Shown: positions 50,438 through 60,871, counted from the stretch's first letter. The stretch is DNA of 64,000 nt from Candidatus Bathyarchaeia archaeon (GCA_050012795.1 JBEKGM010000020.1:7162-71161), one strand, 5' to 3'. Notes: a model not told the origin generated them from the sequence alone. Numbers and translations are program-made.

Positions 50438-50824
50438 CTAGCCTACGATTTGAGTTATCTTCTTCGCAATCGTGTTCTCGACATGAACCGTCCATAGCAT
50501 TTCTGGAACATCAACCGCTAAGAACAGCACGGACAATATGACTGCCTCTGCCGCGGCAACGGCAATGTTCTGGACCCACTTGCCTATCCCAATTTTGACT
50601 GTGAAGTCGTTGGAGGCTCCTGTGATCGAGATTGTGAAGCATCGTTCCGCAGTTATTATGTCCCTTAGGATTCCTGCTTTTTGAGCTTGAATAATCGGTC
50701 CAGAAGTCGCTGTTGTTGATTGCACCTTGTATCCGTCGCCCTGCAAATAGTCAGAAATTTGCTGAGATAATTGGCCTAGATCCTTATTCTTACCCTGAAA
50801 CCGCATTTCCTTAAACGTAACCAA
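50438..50824 (-). CDS. Hypothetical protein
   Basis: 128-aa coherent ORF with C-terminal hydrophobic segment. Confidence 0.7.
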   Translation of the reverse strand: MVTFKEMRFQGKNKDLGQLSQQISDYLQGDGYKVQSTTATSGPIIQAQKAGILRDIITAERCFTISITGASNDFTVKIGIGKWVQNIAVAAAEAVILSVLFLAVDVPEMLWTVHVENTIAKKITQIVG

Positions 50825-50869
50825 CGACGATTCTCTCCAATGCTATCTATGTTTATCGTTTGGTAGAGT

Positions 50870-51061
50870 TCAGGCGTATCTGATTAGGGGTGAACTGCAG
50901 TGGCCGCAGAAGCGTGCGTCAGCAGCGTTTTGGTCTCCGCATATCAGACACATTCCTCTTGGTGGTGGCTGGTCAGGAAAGTTACTCAACCTAGTTCTAC
51001 ACGAGTTGCAGTAATTATTATTATCCACATTCTGCTTATTGCAATATCTACATGTTTTCAA
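50870..51061 (-). CDS. Double zinc-ribbon microprotein
   Basis: CRYC, CNSC, CLIC, CGHC. Confidence 0.75.
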   Translation of the reverse strand: MKTCRYCNKQNVDNNNYCNSCRTRLSNFPDQPPPRGMCLICGDQNAADARFCGHCSSPLIRYA

Positions 51062-51305
51062 ACAAAGAACACCTATTGACCCGCTAGAGACCTCTGCGTT
51101 ATATAAGGTTACATATTTAACGTTATACGCGTATAGCTTTATCGCTGCGGCTGAATATCAGCAGCGGGTTGGGTGTGTTTTGTCAAAGGCGAAGGAAAAG
51201 AAAGAACTCAAGTAGGTGCGCACGCACAAGATTACTTAATGATTGTGCATTTATATATGTGTATCTTGATATATAGTTATATATCGCATTTGCCATGTTT
51301 GCTGA

Positions 51306-52139
51306 TTGTGTGAAAAGATGTCACGTTATTGCGGAATTATGTTGTTAACCTTCATTCTGGCGGCAGCAGTTGCAGTTAGCGGAAGTAGCAGTCCAGTCTC
51401 CGCCTCCTCATGCGTCGTACAACTCGGAACCTCAAGTCTCTCTACTTCGCAATACTATTACAATTCAAATATTGCAATTACTGTGCCTGTATCGGCAACC
51501 TGCTCCTCCTATGCGGGTACTCAGTTATACGCAGTGGGGAACGCATATGACAATTCATCGAGTAGGAATCTGGGTTCAGTGAGTACATTGCTCACGACTG
51601 CTTCTGGAAACACTCTTACAGGGCAACTTGTGTTCAATCTTTCGCCCTCAATAATCGGACATCAAATGCAGGTTACCGTCTCAATCTACAGTGGCTACCC
51701 AAACGGCTATGGTGGAACTAGAGCGCTGTTGGCGACCGCGGCCCAGTCACTGCGAGTGAACGTTAACCACTCTCAGACTGGTTCCGGCTATCAATACGCT
51801 AATTGTTACCAGTATTCATACTGCTATCCAGGCAACTACAACGGCAATTACTATACTCCTCCCTGCCAATCAACTGGAAACAACAACACAGTGCAATGCT
51901 CTGGATACTTGTACCAACCCTCAAACGGCTGTGTAGAGCTAGCCATCCCGATAGATAATCCATATTTGTTCGAGTCTCGAGCCTACCAGTATTACGCACT
52001 ACAAAATCTGCCCTCCTCCATTCCTCCAATTAGCAGCTGGGTGACTGTAACCGGACAACTCCATCAAGGCCAAAATATGGCTCCAAACGGAGCATCATGT
52101 CCAGGCAACTACATCATCGTGAACTCAATCTCACCATAG
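51306..52139 (+). CDS. Secreted Cys/Tyr/Ser-rich protein
   Basis: Signal peptide; Y/N-rich linker; several Cys pairs. Confidence 0.7.
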   Translation: MCEKMSRYCGIMLLTFILAAAVAVSGSSSPVSASSCVVQLGTSSLSTSQYYYNSNIAITVPVSATCSSYAGTQLYAVGNAYDNSSSRNLGSVSTLLTTASGNTLTGQLVFNLSPSIIGHQMQVTVSIYSGYPNGYGGTRALLATAAQSLRVNVNHSQTGSGYQYANCYQYSYCYPGNYNGNYYTPPCQSTGNNNTVQCSGYLYQPSNGCVELAIPIDNPYLFESRAYQYYALQNLPSSIPPISSWVTVTGQLHQGQNMAPNGASCPGNYIIVNSISP

Positions 52140-52405
52140 AACCAACTCGTAGTCCCGTATTGGGCAATTGTGTGTGCGCACCAGCCTACTCACATATACA
52201 CGATTGCTAGAGAGAAACCCAAATACAAATTCACGCTCAGTGAGATGGAGTCCGCCTCCTTTGGCTTCTCTTCTAAGGCTGCGAAGTCAAAGTATCATCC
52301 GAAACTCATGGAAAGGACTAGTCACTTTATCTCGACATCAAGCTACGCCGCTAGCCGTGTTAATAGATGTATATATATGACTCAACTATCTGTCGTTGTT
52401 TATAA

Positions 52406-53107
52406 TTGGTGAAATTGATGCAGAAAATAAAGTCTACTACGACAGGAATCATACTGCTCTTAGCTTTAGCAGGGCTTCTAGCAGCTACGCCACTGGCATC
52501 GGCACAGAGCACTGGCGGCTCCTTCAATCCGCAAACGCAATTCCCGATCGGATCGACAGTAACCGTCCAGTCAGTGTACGGTCTCGGAGGAGGAATACCG
52601 TTCTTCAACCAAGGCATGATGGGTGGCATGAAAGGTAACTGGACTAAAGGTAACTGGTCTAACGGAAATCAAAGCCACAGCTGGACACAAAATAACCAAA
52701 GCCGAACGCGAAATTGGAATCAGACAGGCCCACCATCGTTCAACGCATCACTAACATTGACGGCTCAAGTGACAAACGACACTGCAAACGGCGACATACT
52801 ATGGACTATTAAAAGCGGTTCAATAATCGAAAACGGAACCACCCTAACTATAACTAGCGGCATGGGTGGAATCGGTAAATTAGATCGAATACTGATGGGT
52901 GGAAACGCAACAGATTCTAACGGCCACACTTACAGATGGGCATTAGAAGGACTCGCAACCATGTACAACGGCACCATAATCGCCTCACTCAACGGAGGCA
53001 GTAACTACAATCCAAACCCAGCGACACCAACAACCCAACAACAACCATCCCAGACAAACAACCCAGAAACGTACACCACAGTAAACTTCATCGCCACCAT
53101 AACCTAA
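52406..53107 (+). CDS. Secreted N/G/T-rich protein
   Basis: Signal peptide ending ASA; short KGNWT repeats. Confidence 0.7.
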   Translation: MVKLMQKIKSTTTGIILLLALAGLLAATPLASAQSTGGSFNPQTQFPIGSTVTVQSVYGLGGGIPFFNQGMMGGMKGNWTKGNWSNGNQSHSWTQNNQSRTRNWNQTGPPSFNASLTLTAQVTNDTANGDILWTIKSGSIIENGTTLTITSGMGGIGKLDRILMGGNATDSNGHTYRWALEGLATMYNGTIIASLNGGSNYNPNPATPTTQQQPSQTNNPETYTTVNFIATIT

Positions 53108-53405
53108 TCCTCAATCCAACCCCTTCCCATTGTGGTTGTTAGGGTTAGCCTGGCCCTTTGGGTTTGGAGAAGTGGGCAACGGTTTTGCATCCAAAACACT
53201 AAAGCCGAAGTTCTGTGGCTGAAGGATTCTACACCACAACCTCATCCCTCCTTGCTGCAGAGCTGCAACAACTGTTACGACAACTGTAACCTCAACTACG
53301 ACTGTGCAGGCAGTAATTCCGACCAGTCTTCATCTGGACGTTGACGTTGGTCATAACGAGGTCTAAAAGCTGTCCCTAGATCACACAAAGGTGTACCATA
53401 CGCAT

Positions 53406-53822
53406 TCATGACACTAAACTAAGATGCACTTCACGTCTCGTTCGTGGGCCATCCAACTCTACGACGAATATGTTCTGCCAGGTGCCCCGTACAAGTTGAT
53501 GGTTCTCCACCGGGAAGGTGCGTGAATGTCCCAGAAATGTGGCTGCAAGATGTGCGTCGGCGTTGTCATCTATTCGGTTATGCGCATACTCTGATGATTG
53601 AGGAAAGATTTCACGGATTCTCGTCAGAATGTCACTCAAGAGTCCGCGCTCGTTTTCGTTCGCTACTATCGCTGCGGTGGCGTGTGGCACGCTTAACATT
53701 AGTATCCCGTCCGCTATGCTGGCGTCTTCGACGAAACGAGTCACCTCACGAGTTATGTCGATCAATTGTTGCCTCGATGAGGAACTTACCGTTAGAGTCC
53801 TTTTGCAAACTGCCAAAACCAA
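53406..53822 (-). CDS. yjbQ: Secondary thiamine-phosphate synthase YjbQ/UPF0047
   Basis: HATAA, NENE, DNADAHL, GTWQ, ELDGPR. Confidence 0.92.
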   Translation of the reverse strand: MVLAVCKRTLTVSSSSRQQLIDITREVTRFVEDASIADGILMLSVPHATAAIVANENERGLLSDILTRIREIFPQSSEYAHNRIDDNADAHLAATFLGHSRTFPVENHQLVRGTWQNIFVVELDGPRTRREVHLSLVS

Positions 53823-53953
53823 TCGTGCCTTCTAAACAACTTGATGTTGAAAACATTACCGCAATAGCCTGCATCACTCTCCGTACCGTCATCTTATTCA
53901 TGCCAGAAAAGAAACACTTACTTCTAGGCACTCCAATTAGGTAATGGATCTCT

Positions 53954-54088
53954 TTGTGTGACGTCTGTCACAGGCCCTGCATCTCGGACCGAATGTGGTC
54001 AATCGATTCTGGACCATGCTGCGATGATTGTCTGGATTGCTTTTTGGAACAAAATTTGCAAGAAGAAGATGATTCCATTTTTCAGTAG
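53954..54088 (+). CDS. Cys-rich acidic microprotein MCDVCHRPC...CCDDCLDC...EEDD
   Basis: 44 aa, 7 Cys, TTG start. Confidence 0.45.
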   Translation: MCDVCHRPCISDRMWSIDSGPCCDDCLDCFLEQNLQEEDDSIFQ

Positions 54089-54445
54089 TCTAAAGCCGGC
54101 TGCATGAGTATCCTCTGTCCCACTGTTTGTCCAAGTCCTATGCCGAACTTAGTGAAGTGCGCCAAGCACATGTAAGAGCACGAACCGAATACAGTTCTGC
54201 CATCATACTCGGCAACGACCGTTCGACCATAACTCACGCAAAAATCACATAGAGGCATGAGGGCATCACGTTAGTGTCTTTTGGCTGAGCGCAAGATAAG
54301 CAGTTGAGGTGTTTTCAGGTATAGGGTCATGAGTGAAAGAAGTCCTTACGCAGACTGCATGCACATGCGCTCACAGCCAATACCTCACGCATTGTCCGGA
54401 GTCAGTGCGATAGAGTTTTTACTGTTTATTATTACTCACAGCTCT

Positions 54446-54736
54446 ATGAGCCGTGATGATTCAGGTATTCTTCTCCTCAGTATTGAGGAGAAGAGCAAGT
54501 ACGAGGACGCAATTACCTACATCTACGCAGGGTCAGATCCAGGCGCGGTCTACAAGCCGATAACCGTGTATAAAGAAAGGAATGCGGGGTCCTATCTTGT
54601 TGCTGGTCGATACGTTGGTGTCACTGACACACATTTGAAGTATCGTCCGCTAACCGAAGATGAACGTAAGACTGTTGTTGAGAAGCTTGGCCCTGGCAAG
54701 ATTGTGAAGTTTCTGTCCAGTAGCATAGAACAATGA
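54446..54736 (+). CDS. Hypothetical protein
   Basis: Coherent ORF from ATG at 54446 (ORF extends to 54329). Confidence 0.55.
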   Translation: MSRDDSGILLLSIEEKSKYEDAITYIYAGSDPGAVYKPITVYKERNAGSYLVAGRYVGVTDTHLKYRPLTEDERKTVVEKLGPGKIVKFLSSSIEQ

Positions 54737-54835
54737 CAACCGTTTCGGAATTTTCACGTCTCCAATAGTCAATTGACTACTGATTAATTGAGCCTCGCGT
54801 AACCGGTGTGTTGTACGGGCGGAAGAATCCGATAG

Positions 54836-55123
54836 TTACTTATTCGCGGCTACGAGCACAGCGCCAATTACGAGTAACAGGATGCCCACTATTGTCCACG
54901 CAAGCCATGATGGTAGGAAGAGTGCGACCCATTTCGCGACTCCGACAGCAATGATAGCGATACCCAGCATGGCGATAGCTATCCCTGCCAAGATCATGGC
55001 GGCGGCTCTCACGAACTTCTTTGAATAGTGATCGAATGAATTCACGAAGTTATCTACAGTCTTCCTCAGGACCATGTCGAGGAGTTTCTGCCAGAGCGCT
55101 GGTTTTTCTTCTTCCTTTGACAA
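54836..55123 (-). CDS. YqjE/phage-holin-like 2-TM protein
   Basis: Two TM helices with PSWLAWTIVG. Confidence 0.6.
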   Translation of the reverse strand: MSKEEEKPALWQKLLDMVLRKTVDNFVNSFDHYSKKFVRAAAMILAGIAIAMLGIAIIAVGVAKWVALFLPSWLAWTIVGILLLVIGAVLVAANK

Positions 55124-55132
55124 TTGTTTCCC

Positions 55133-55351
55133 CTAGTCGGACGATCTTGAGAGTGCTACTCCCACAACCATGCCTGCAACGAAAGCAACGCCGAGTGCGA
55201 GCATCGGACGCTCTGAGACCGTCTTGATAGCTCTCTTTTGGGCTACGTTGACTTGAGCCTTAAGGTCGACCAGTAGCGCATCCATATCATTTCGAACGCT
55301 CTTCACAATGTCTTCAATATCCTGCAGTTGGGTCTCTCTTTCTTTTGGCAA
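55133..55351 (-). CDS. ElaB/YqjD (DUF883)-like tail-anchored protein
   Basis: Coiled N-terminus + VSERPMLALGVAFVAGMVVGVALSR. Confidence 0.75.
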   Translation of the reverse strand: MPKERETQLQDIEDIVKSVRNDMDALLVDLKAQVNVAQKRAIKTVSERPMLALGVAFVAGMVVGVALSRSSD

Positions 55352-55426
55352 TTAATCCAACCGCGTATTTGTAGATCGGTTGCGAATAAAAGACTTTCAG
55401 GATGTAAGTTTCATGGACGCTATGCC

Positions 55427-55621
55427 TTAGCGCTTTCGTCGAGGTCGAAGTGTAAGTCCGAGAAGCAACCCAAGAGTAAAGGCTAGTCCGGTGACGAGAA
55501 GTGGGTTTTCTTGGATGGTTCCACGAAGCTGTCTTATCGAAATCTGATCCGTCGGCTGCATATCCAATATGCTTTCCAATTCTTCGTCAGAATACTCTTG
55601 TCTCGCAGTTGCCATGCTCAT
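55427..55621 (-). CDS. Second ElaB/YqjD-like tail-anchored protein
   Basis: IQENPLLVTGLAFTLGLLLGLTLRPRRKR. Confidence 0.65.
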   Translation of the reverse strand: MSMATARQEYSDEELESILDMQPTDQISIRQLRGTIQENPLLVTGLAFTLGLLLGLTLRPRRKR

Positions 55622-55749
55622 CTACTCGCCTCTGATTGAAGGGGTCGGGCAAATAAGATATACTACCATTTTCAGAATACTCGGCCATCTCCTGATGGTA
55701 CAATGATACCGTATCAGTGATAATCTCTATGAGGAATCCGGAAATGCAT

Positions 55750-56465
55750 CATAGCAGGATCGATAATTCCTGATCTTTCCTCAACTCCGAAGATTCTCAT
55801 CGCGGTAGGAGTGATTGGCGCCACAGTTATGCCCACGCTCTGTTCGTGCACTCGGCTCTTGCAAACGATAAGATCACGAATCCTAGCGTTGAGGCGAAGG
55901 ACAAGGCGCTGAAACTGCATACGGCTGAAAGCCTAATCATGTTTACCTTCGCGGGTCTCGTAAATGCAGCGATAATGGTTATGGCGGCGGCAGCCTTCGC
56001 TGGCCGTAGCATTCAAGTGGCAACGATCGAGCAGGCCTATCTTACCCTTGAACCATTGTTTGGGAAAGCTGCAGCAGTCATCTTCGGCATTACGCTCTTA
56101 GCATCTGGATTATCGTCCTCCACAACCGGCACGATAGCTGGTCAAGCAATTATGGAGGGACTGATTGGACACAAAGCGAATATATGGGCCAGGCGCGTCG
56201 TTACAAGATTAATCAACGTAGTCCCAACCACAATTACCATACTGATCGGCCTGACCCATTGGCGATGCTAGTGTACAGCCAAGTCGCGTTAAGCCTCCTC
56301 CTCCCACTTCCGCTGCTACCTCTCTGGAAATTCACCAAGGACAAGCAGCTGATGGGAAAGTACGTAAATCGAAGGATTACGACGATAGCAGCAGGAGTGT
56401 TCTCAGCATTCATTATCGTACTGAACGCGCTACTGCTCTATTTGACTGTCGCTGGAAAGATTTGA
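55750..56465 (+). pseudogene. mntH: Nramp/MntH Mn2+/Fe2+ transporter pseudogene (5' half missing, two frameshifts)
   Basis: IGATVMP/HALFVHS split by frameshift; LLASGLSSSTTGTIAGQAIMEG; SQVALS in a third frame segment. Confidence 0.85.
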
Positions 56466-56585
56466 TGGCGGGCGGGGAGGGAATTTCGCCGTATCACGAT
56501 TCATCGGTTTCCATCTGACACGGTTTCGAACCCCCGACCTCAGGCTCCGGAGGCCTGTGCCCTATCCTGGCTAGGCTACCCGCCC
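56466..56585 (-). tRNA. tRNA-Arg(CCG) with 42-nt BHB intron at 59/60 (56483..56524), CCA encoded
   Basis: GGGCGGG/CCCGCCC acceptor stem, CAGGC-CTCCGGA-GCCTG anticodon arm, TTCGAA|T loop with canonical BHB. Confidence 0.95.
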
Positions 56586-56801
56586 ACCATACGCTATCCC
56601 GACATCAATCTGAAATAATAAACTACGGCCTCTGGCTACAGAAGACAGATAAGCAGCGTGCAGAATGCTAGAGAAGATCGGAAAGACTGATCTGACCAGC
56701 GTTCTAATTCTTGGTAACAAGAAGCCAACCAACCAGTCGTTTAACGTGATTTCCTAACCGAAAGTCCCCGCAAACTTGCCCAATGAGGATTTGTCAAGAG
56801 G

Positions 56802-56966
56802 TTCACCTATTTTCAGTATTATTCAGCATTTTTCAGCATCTTCACTTTCGTCGTCGCAAAATCGATTTTGAGCGTGTTTTCATCCTTTTTTGGTTGGTGG
56901 TGGCTGGTTTTGTTGAATTTCCTGAAGATGGTGAATTATGCTGAAATTGGTTGGAGGTTAGGTGAA
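56802..56966. repeat. Imperfect inverted repeat with ~10-bp tandem units (TTCAGYAT x3)
   Basis: TTCACCTA...TTTCAGCAT..TTCAC opposite GTGAA..ATGCTGAAA...TAGGTGAA. Confidence 0.4.
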
Positions 56967-57553
56967 TGAGGGTTCCCGGCCGCGGTTGAGTATGTGTTGG
57001 GCTCTGTTAATGGTTTCAGGCGGGTTTGAGAGGAGGAGGTCGTAGAATCTGGGGCGGTATTTGGGGAAGCGGGCGGCGTTAATGCATATGCTCTGAATAT
57101 TGATTCCGAACTGTGTCGGGTTGCGGGAGGTCAGGGCTGGTCGTTGTGCTAATGACTTTTACCGCTAAATCGGAAAGCGTATCGAAGTCTGCCGTAAGCT
57201 GGAGGAAACGTAATGCCTGCTCCCGATCCGCCTGTGGCTTAGTCTAATTAACGCTGCCGGTGGCTGTGGGCATGAAATTGCGGAGGACGTCAACGATGGA
57301 GGTGTCCTGGTCCTTCTGAGCATGAATTGCCTGGTTGGCTAGGATTTCAAGAACGATAGTTGGATTAGATTCCACCAGGACGATCAACTCGCGCAGGCTC
57401 TTTCCACACGTACATCATACATTCTCCATGCATGAGCTGGACTAAGACAAACCTTTCATCCCAAATCATCATGTACAACAAACAGTAGACTTCATAGCAA
57501 TGAATTAGTCAAATGACGAACCTAGCGAACAGAGTATCGAGCCTCTGATCAAT

Positions 57554-59482
57554 ATGACAAACACACTGACACAATTCAACAATGAATGTCGAAGCGTACT
57601 TCATGACGCTCTAATGAGCGTATTCCCAGCCTGGGTAGAGCGCATACCTAGATTCTCGATTCCTCCGACTCTTGAATTCGGAGAACTCTCCTCGTCCATC
57701 GCACACGAGATTGCCACCGAGCAAGGCATTTCACCCCGAGAAATCGCGCTCTCCATCTGCAGAGCCGCGAGAATTAGCGACACCACCTTGATCGCGAGCG
57801 TTACCGAGACTTCCGGTTACGTTAACTTCAAACTAGATTATGACAGGGCTGCGCCGTTGATCTTTGACCCAATTCTTGGCGACTCGGAACACTACGGCAT
57901 AGAAAAAACCACTAAGCCGCTCAAAGTCGCAGTGGAGCACACCAGTGCTAATCCTAGCGGCCCCTTAACAATGGGGCACGTCCGAAACTCGATTTTGGGC
58001 GACGCGTTGGCACGGCTACTTACGGCGCGAGGACACCAAGTGAAAAAGCGATTCTATGTGGACGATGTTGGGAGACAAGTCTCCATACTTGCATATGGCT
58101 TCAAACTGCTCGGGGAACCCACCCCAGAAGGTAAACCCGATACATGGCTAGGACGACTATACGCTGCTACAAATTGCGCCGTACAGATAGAGACGCTCAA
58201 GAAAAAACTCGGTAACACCACGCTAGAAGAAGAAAGGGCTCAACTGCAAAAGGCCCTTGACGAATGGACCAGTATAGCCGCCGAACTCTCTTCAACACAC
58301 AAAGACATATTCAATACAGTCGTTCAAGCCGTGCAGAAGCAAAATGACGTAGAAGCCGACATTCAAGCGTTAGGTCGAGAGTACGAAGCCAACGAGAAGA
58401 ATACGACAGAACTCGTGAGAAAAGTGGCGCAACTTGCGTTGGATGGAATTCGCGCAAGTTTAACAGAAATGGACATCACATTTGATTCGTGGGACTGGGA
58501 AAGCAAATTGATTTGGGACGGTGACGTCAACAAGGTTATTGATCGGGTAACCCTGCTACCGTTCACAGAGAGAGATGGCGCATCCATCAAGATGAATGTA
58601 AACCCGATTGTTGAAGCATATTCTCTTAGGGACCAGTTCCATCTTTCTCCAGGATACGAAGTGCCCTCTCTCACCCTTGTCAGGAGTGACGGATCAACTC
58701 TTTACCCAACCCGTGACATCGCATATACTCTCTTCAAATTCAAGGAATCGGATCGCGTCATTAACGTGATAGCCTCCGAGCAATCGCTTCCTCAACTCCA
58801 AATCCGTCTTGCACTCTATGCTTTAGGCGAGAAGCATGCCGCAACTAACCTCGTCCACTACGCATACGGGTTAGTTGAGTTGCCCGGAGCAAAAATGTCC
58901 AAACGCAGAGCGAGATTCATCGCTCTGGACGATGTAATCGAACAAGCTAGGCAAAGGGTCCGTGATGAGGTTAGTTCAAGAGAAATGTCGATGGCAGAGA
59001 ATGATATTGAACTAGTCAGCCGAACCATAGCTTTAGGTGCAATAAAATTCGCCATGCTCAACATTAACAGCGTGAAAAACTTGACGTTCACCTGGGACAG
59101 AGTGTTAAGCCTAGAAAAGAACAGCTCACCATTCATCAACTATGCTTACACTCGCGCGGGAAGTATACTTAGGAAATTGCCACCCTCTCCCGACGATTAT
59201 GACCTAACGCGGCTCACGCATCCGCTTGAAAGGTTTCTTATATTCAAGATTGCTCAGATGCCAATGATCTTCTGTGAGGCAGCTGATCAGTTGAAGCCAG
59301 AGGAACTTGCCAACTACGCAAACGTGGTGGCCGAGAAATTCCATGAGTACTACGAAAAAGTGGATGTCATACATGCAGAAGAGCCAGTGAAAAACGCTAG
59401 GGCATTATTGGTGAAAGGAGTTCAGGTCGTCCTACGGAATTCAATGCAATTGCTTGGTATACCATTAGCTGAGCGGATGTGA
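57554..59482 (+). CDS. argS: Arginine--tRNA ligase
   Basis: EHTSANPSGPLTMGHVRN, RSDGSTLYPTRDIAY, KMSKR, ERM C-terminus. Confidence 0.96.
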   Translation: MTNTLTQFNNECRSVLHDALMSVFPAWVERIPRFSIPPTLEFGELSSSIAHEIATEQGISPREIALSICRAARISDTTLIASVTETSGYVNFKLDYDRAAPLIFDPILGDSEHYGIEKTTKPLKVAVEHTSANPSGPLTMGHVRNSILGDALARLLTARGHQVKKRFYVDDVGRQVSILAYGFKLLGEPTPEGKPDTWLGRLYAATNCAVQIETLKKKLGNTTLEEERAQLQKALDEWTSIAAELSSTHKDIFNTVVQAVQKQNDVEADIQALGREYEANEKNTTELVRKVAQLALDGIRASLTEMDITFDSWDWESKLIWDGDVNKVIDRVTLLPFTERDGASIKMNVNPIVEAYSLRDQFHLSPGYEVPSLTLVRSDGSTLYPTRDIAYTLFKFKESDRVINVIASEQSLPQLQIRLALYALGEKHAATNLVHYAYGLVELPGAKMSKRRARFIALDDVIEQARQRVRDEVSSREMSMAENDIELVSRTIALGAIKFAMLNINSVKNLTFTWDRVLSLEKNSSPFINYAYTRAGSILRKLPPSPDDYDLTRLTHPLERFLIFKIAQMPMIFCEAADQLKPEELANYANVVAEKFHEYYEKVDVIHAEEPVKNARALLVKGVQVVLRNSMQLLGIPLAERM

Positions 59483-60783
59483 GAGTCTTCTCGTCAACGA
59501 AACAACGCGCATCGTTCGGATCTATCTCTTTCAATTGGCCCGATCTGCATCTCTCAAACAAGTATGATCGCATCTTCTTAGTTCTCCTGGCTGTCGATGT
59601 TGTATTGCGTCTAATCTGGCTCGATAAACCAGATGGCTCGCTTATTTTTGATGAATGGTACTACGTGAACGTCGGTCGAGTTATCCTTGGGCTTCCGCAG
59701 AGCCTTGGATCCAATGGATTGCCTCCGTATCAGAATGTCCCTATCGGGCAGGATCCAAACCATGAGCATTTACCGTTAGCCAAGTTACTGATTGCACTCT
59801 CGATGCATTTCTTTGGCGATAACGCGTATGGGTGGCGAATTCCAAGCGTCATTCTAGGATCATTCGCGATTCTAGTTTTCTACCTGCTATTGAAACGCTT
59901 GTCAACCTACAAATCGATTCCGCTACTCGGCGCGTTCCTTTTCTCATTTGATAATCTCGTCTTCGTTCATAGCCGAATCGCAACACTCGACATATTTACA
60001 CTAAGCTTCATGTTGCTCGGAATCTACTGGTATTTCGATGGGCATCCATACTTGAGTGCCTTTGGTATGACTCTGAGTACTCTCTGTAAAGAGACAGGCG
60101 GGGCAGGATTCATCATTATTGTGATCGTACACGCAGTGAAATTCATGAATGAAAAGAAACCGTTACGTTGGCCTAAGTTCTTTTCGTGGTTTGAGAAGTA
60201 CACGGCAACGTATGTGCTTTCATTACTAGTGATACTGTCAATTCTAGATAGACTCTGGGTCGGCTACCCATGGGCCTGGCCCCACATCGTCAACGTCCTA
60301 AATTATTCGTCCGCCTTGGTATCGGCCTGCCCAAGCGGAATAATAAGCTGCCCTTGGCAGTGGCTTGTCAATCAGGTCCAGATTCCCTATTTAGTTGTCA
60401 ACGTTAAAGTGACAACGGGAGCCGTTACGACCGAGTCTAATTCAATCTACTTCATAGGCGCCATGAACCCGTCAATCCTATACTTGACATTGTTCGCGAT
60501 TGCCTACTCAGGCTATTCATACCTTCGCCAGAAGAAGAGTGACATCGCCCTGCTCTCCTTGGTCTGGTTTATGGTCTCATACCTACCCTACTTTCCAGCC
60601 GTACTACTCGGCCACAGAGTGACATATCTCTTCTACTTCTTACCCATAGTCCCAGCAGTCTGCGCCGCCATCGCATACATGATAGTCGACCAGAACCCGC
60701 CAAAACTTATCGTGCTAGTCTACCTAATCGTGGTTCTCGTGAGTTTCGGTTTGATGTTCCCCTTCAAAGTCTTTCCAAGCTGA
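59479..60783 (+). CDS. GT39/PMT-family dolichyl-phosphate-mannose protein mannosyltransferase-like
   Basis: IFDEWYY, EHLPLAKLLIA, GWR, SRIATLD. Confidence 0.85.
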   Translation: MRVFSSTKQRASFGSISFNWPDLHLSNKYDRIFLVLLAVDVVLRLIWLDKPDGSLIFDEWYYVNVGRVILGLPQSLGSNGLPPYQNVPIGQDPNHEHLPLAKLLIALSMHFFGDNAYGWRIPSVILGSFAILVFYLLLKRLSTYKSIPLLGAFLFSFDNLVFVHSRIATLDIFTLSFMLLGIYWYFDGHPYLSAFGMTLSTLCKETGGAGFIIIVIVHAVKFMNEKKPLRWPKFFSWFEKYTATYVLSLLVILSILDRLWVGYPWAWPHIVNVLNYSSALVSACPSGIISCPWQWLVNQVQIPYLVVNVKVTTGAVTTESNSIYFIGAMNPSILYLTLFAIAYSGYSYLRQKKSDIALLSLVWFMVSYLPYFPAVLLGHRVTYLFYFLPIVPAVCAAIAYMIVDQNPPKLIVLVYLIVVLVSFGLMFPFKVFPS

Positions 60784-60871
60784 GGAGAACGACCGAAATC
60801 GCCATATTTCAGAATCAACTCATCGTGGCCAACTAAGCAATACATTGCATAGTAGTCGATGAGGTGACGCA

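Noticed and set aside
52631-52660. AAAGGTAACTGG(A/T)CT tandem repeat
   Set aside because: Only a 15-bp in-frame coding duplication (KGNWT)
53444-53944. 166-aa plus-strand ORF
   Set aside because: Antisense shadow of yjbQ
57244-57246. In-frame TAG as pyrrolysine read-through
   Set aside because: No pyl context or recognisable protein; more likely pseudogene decay
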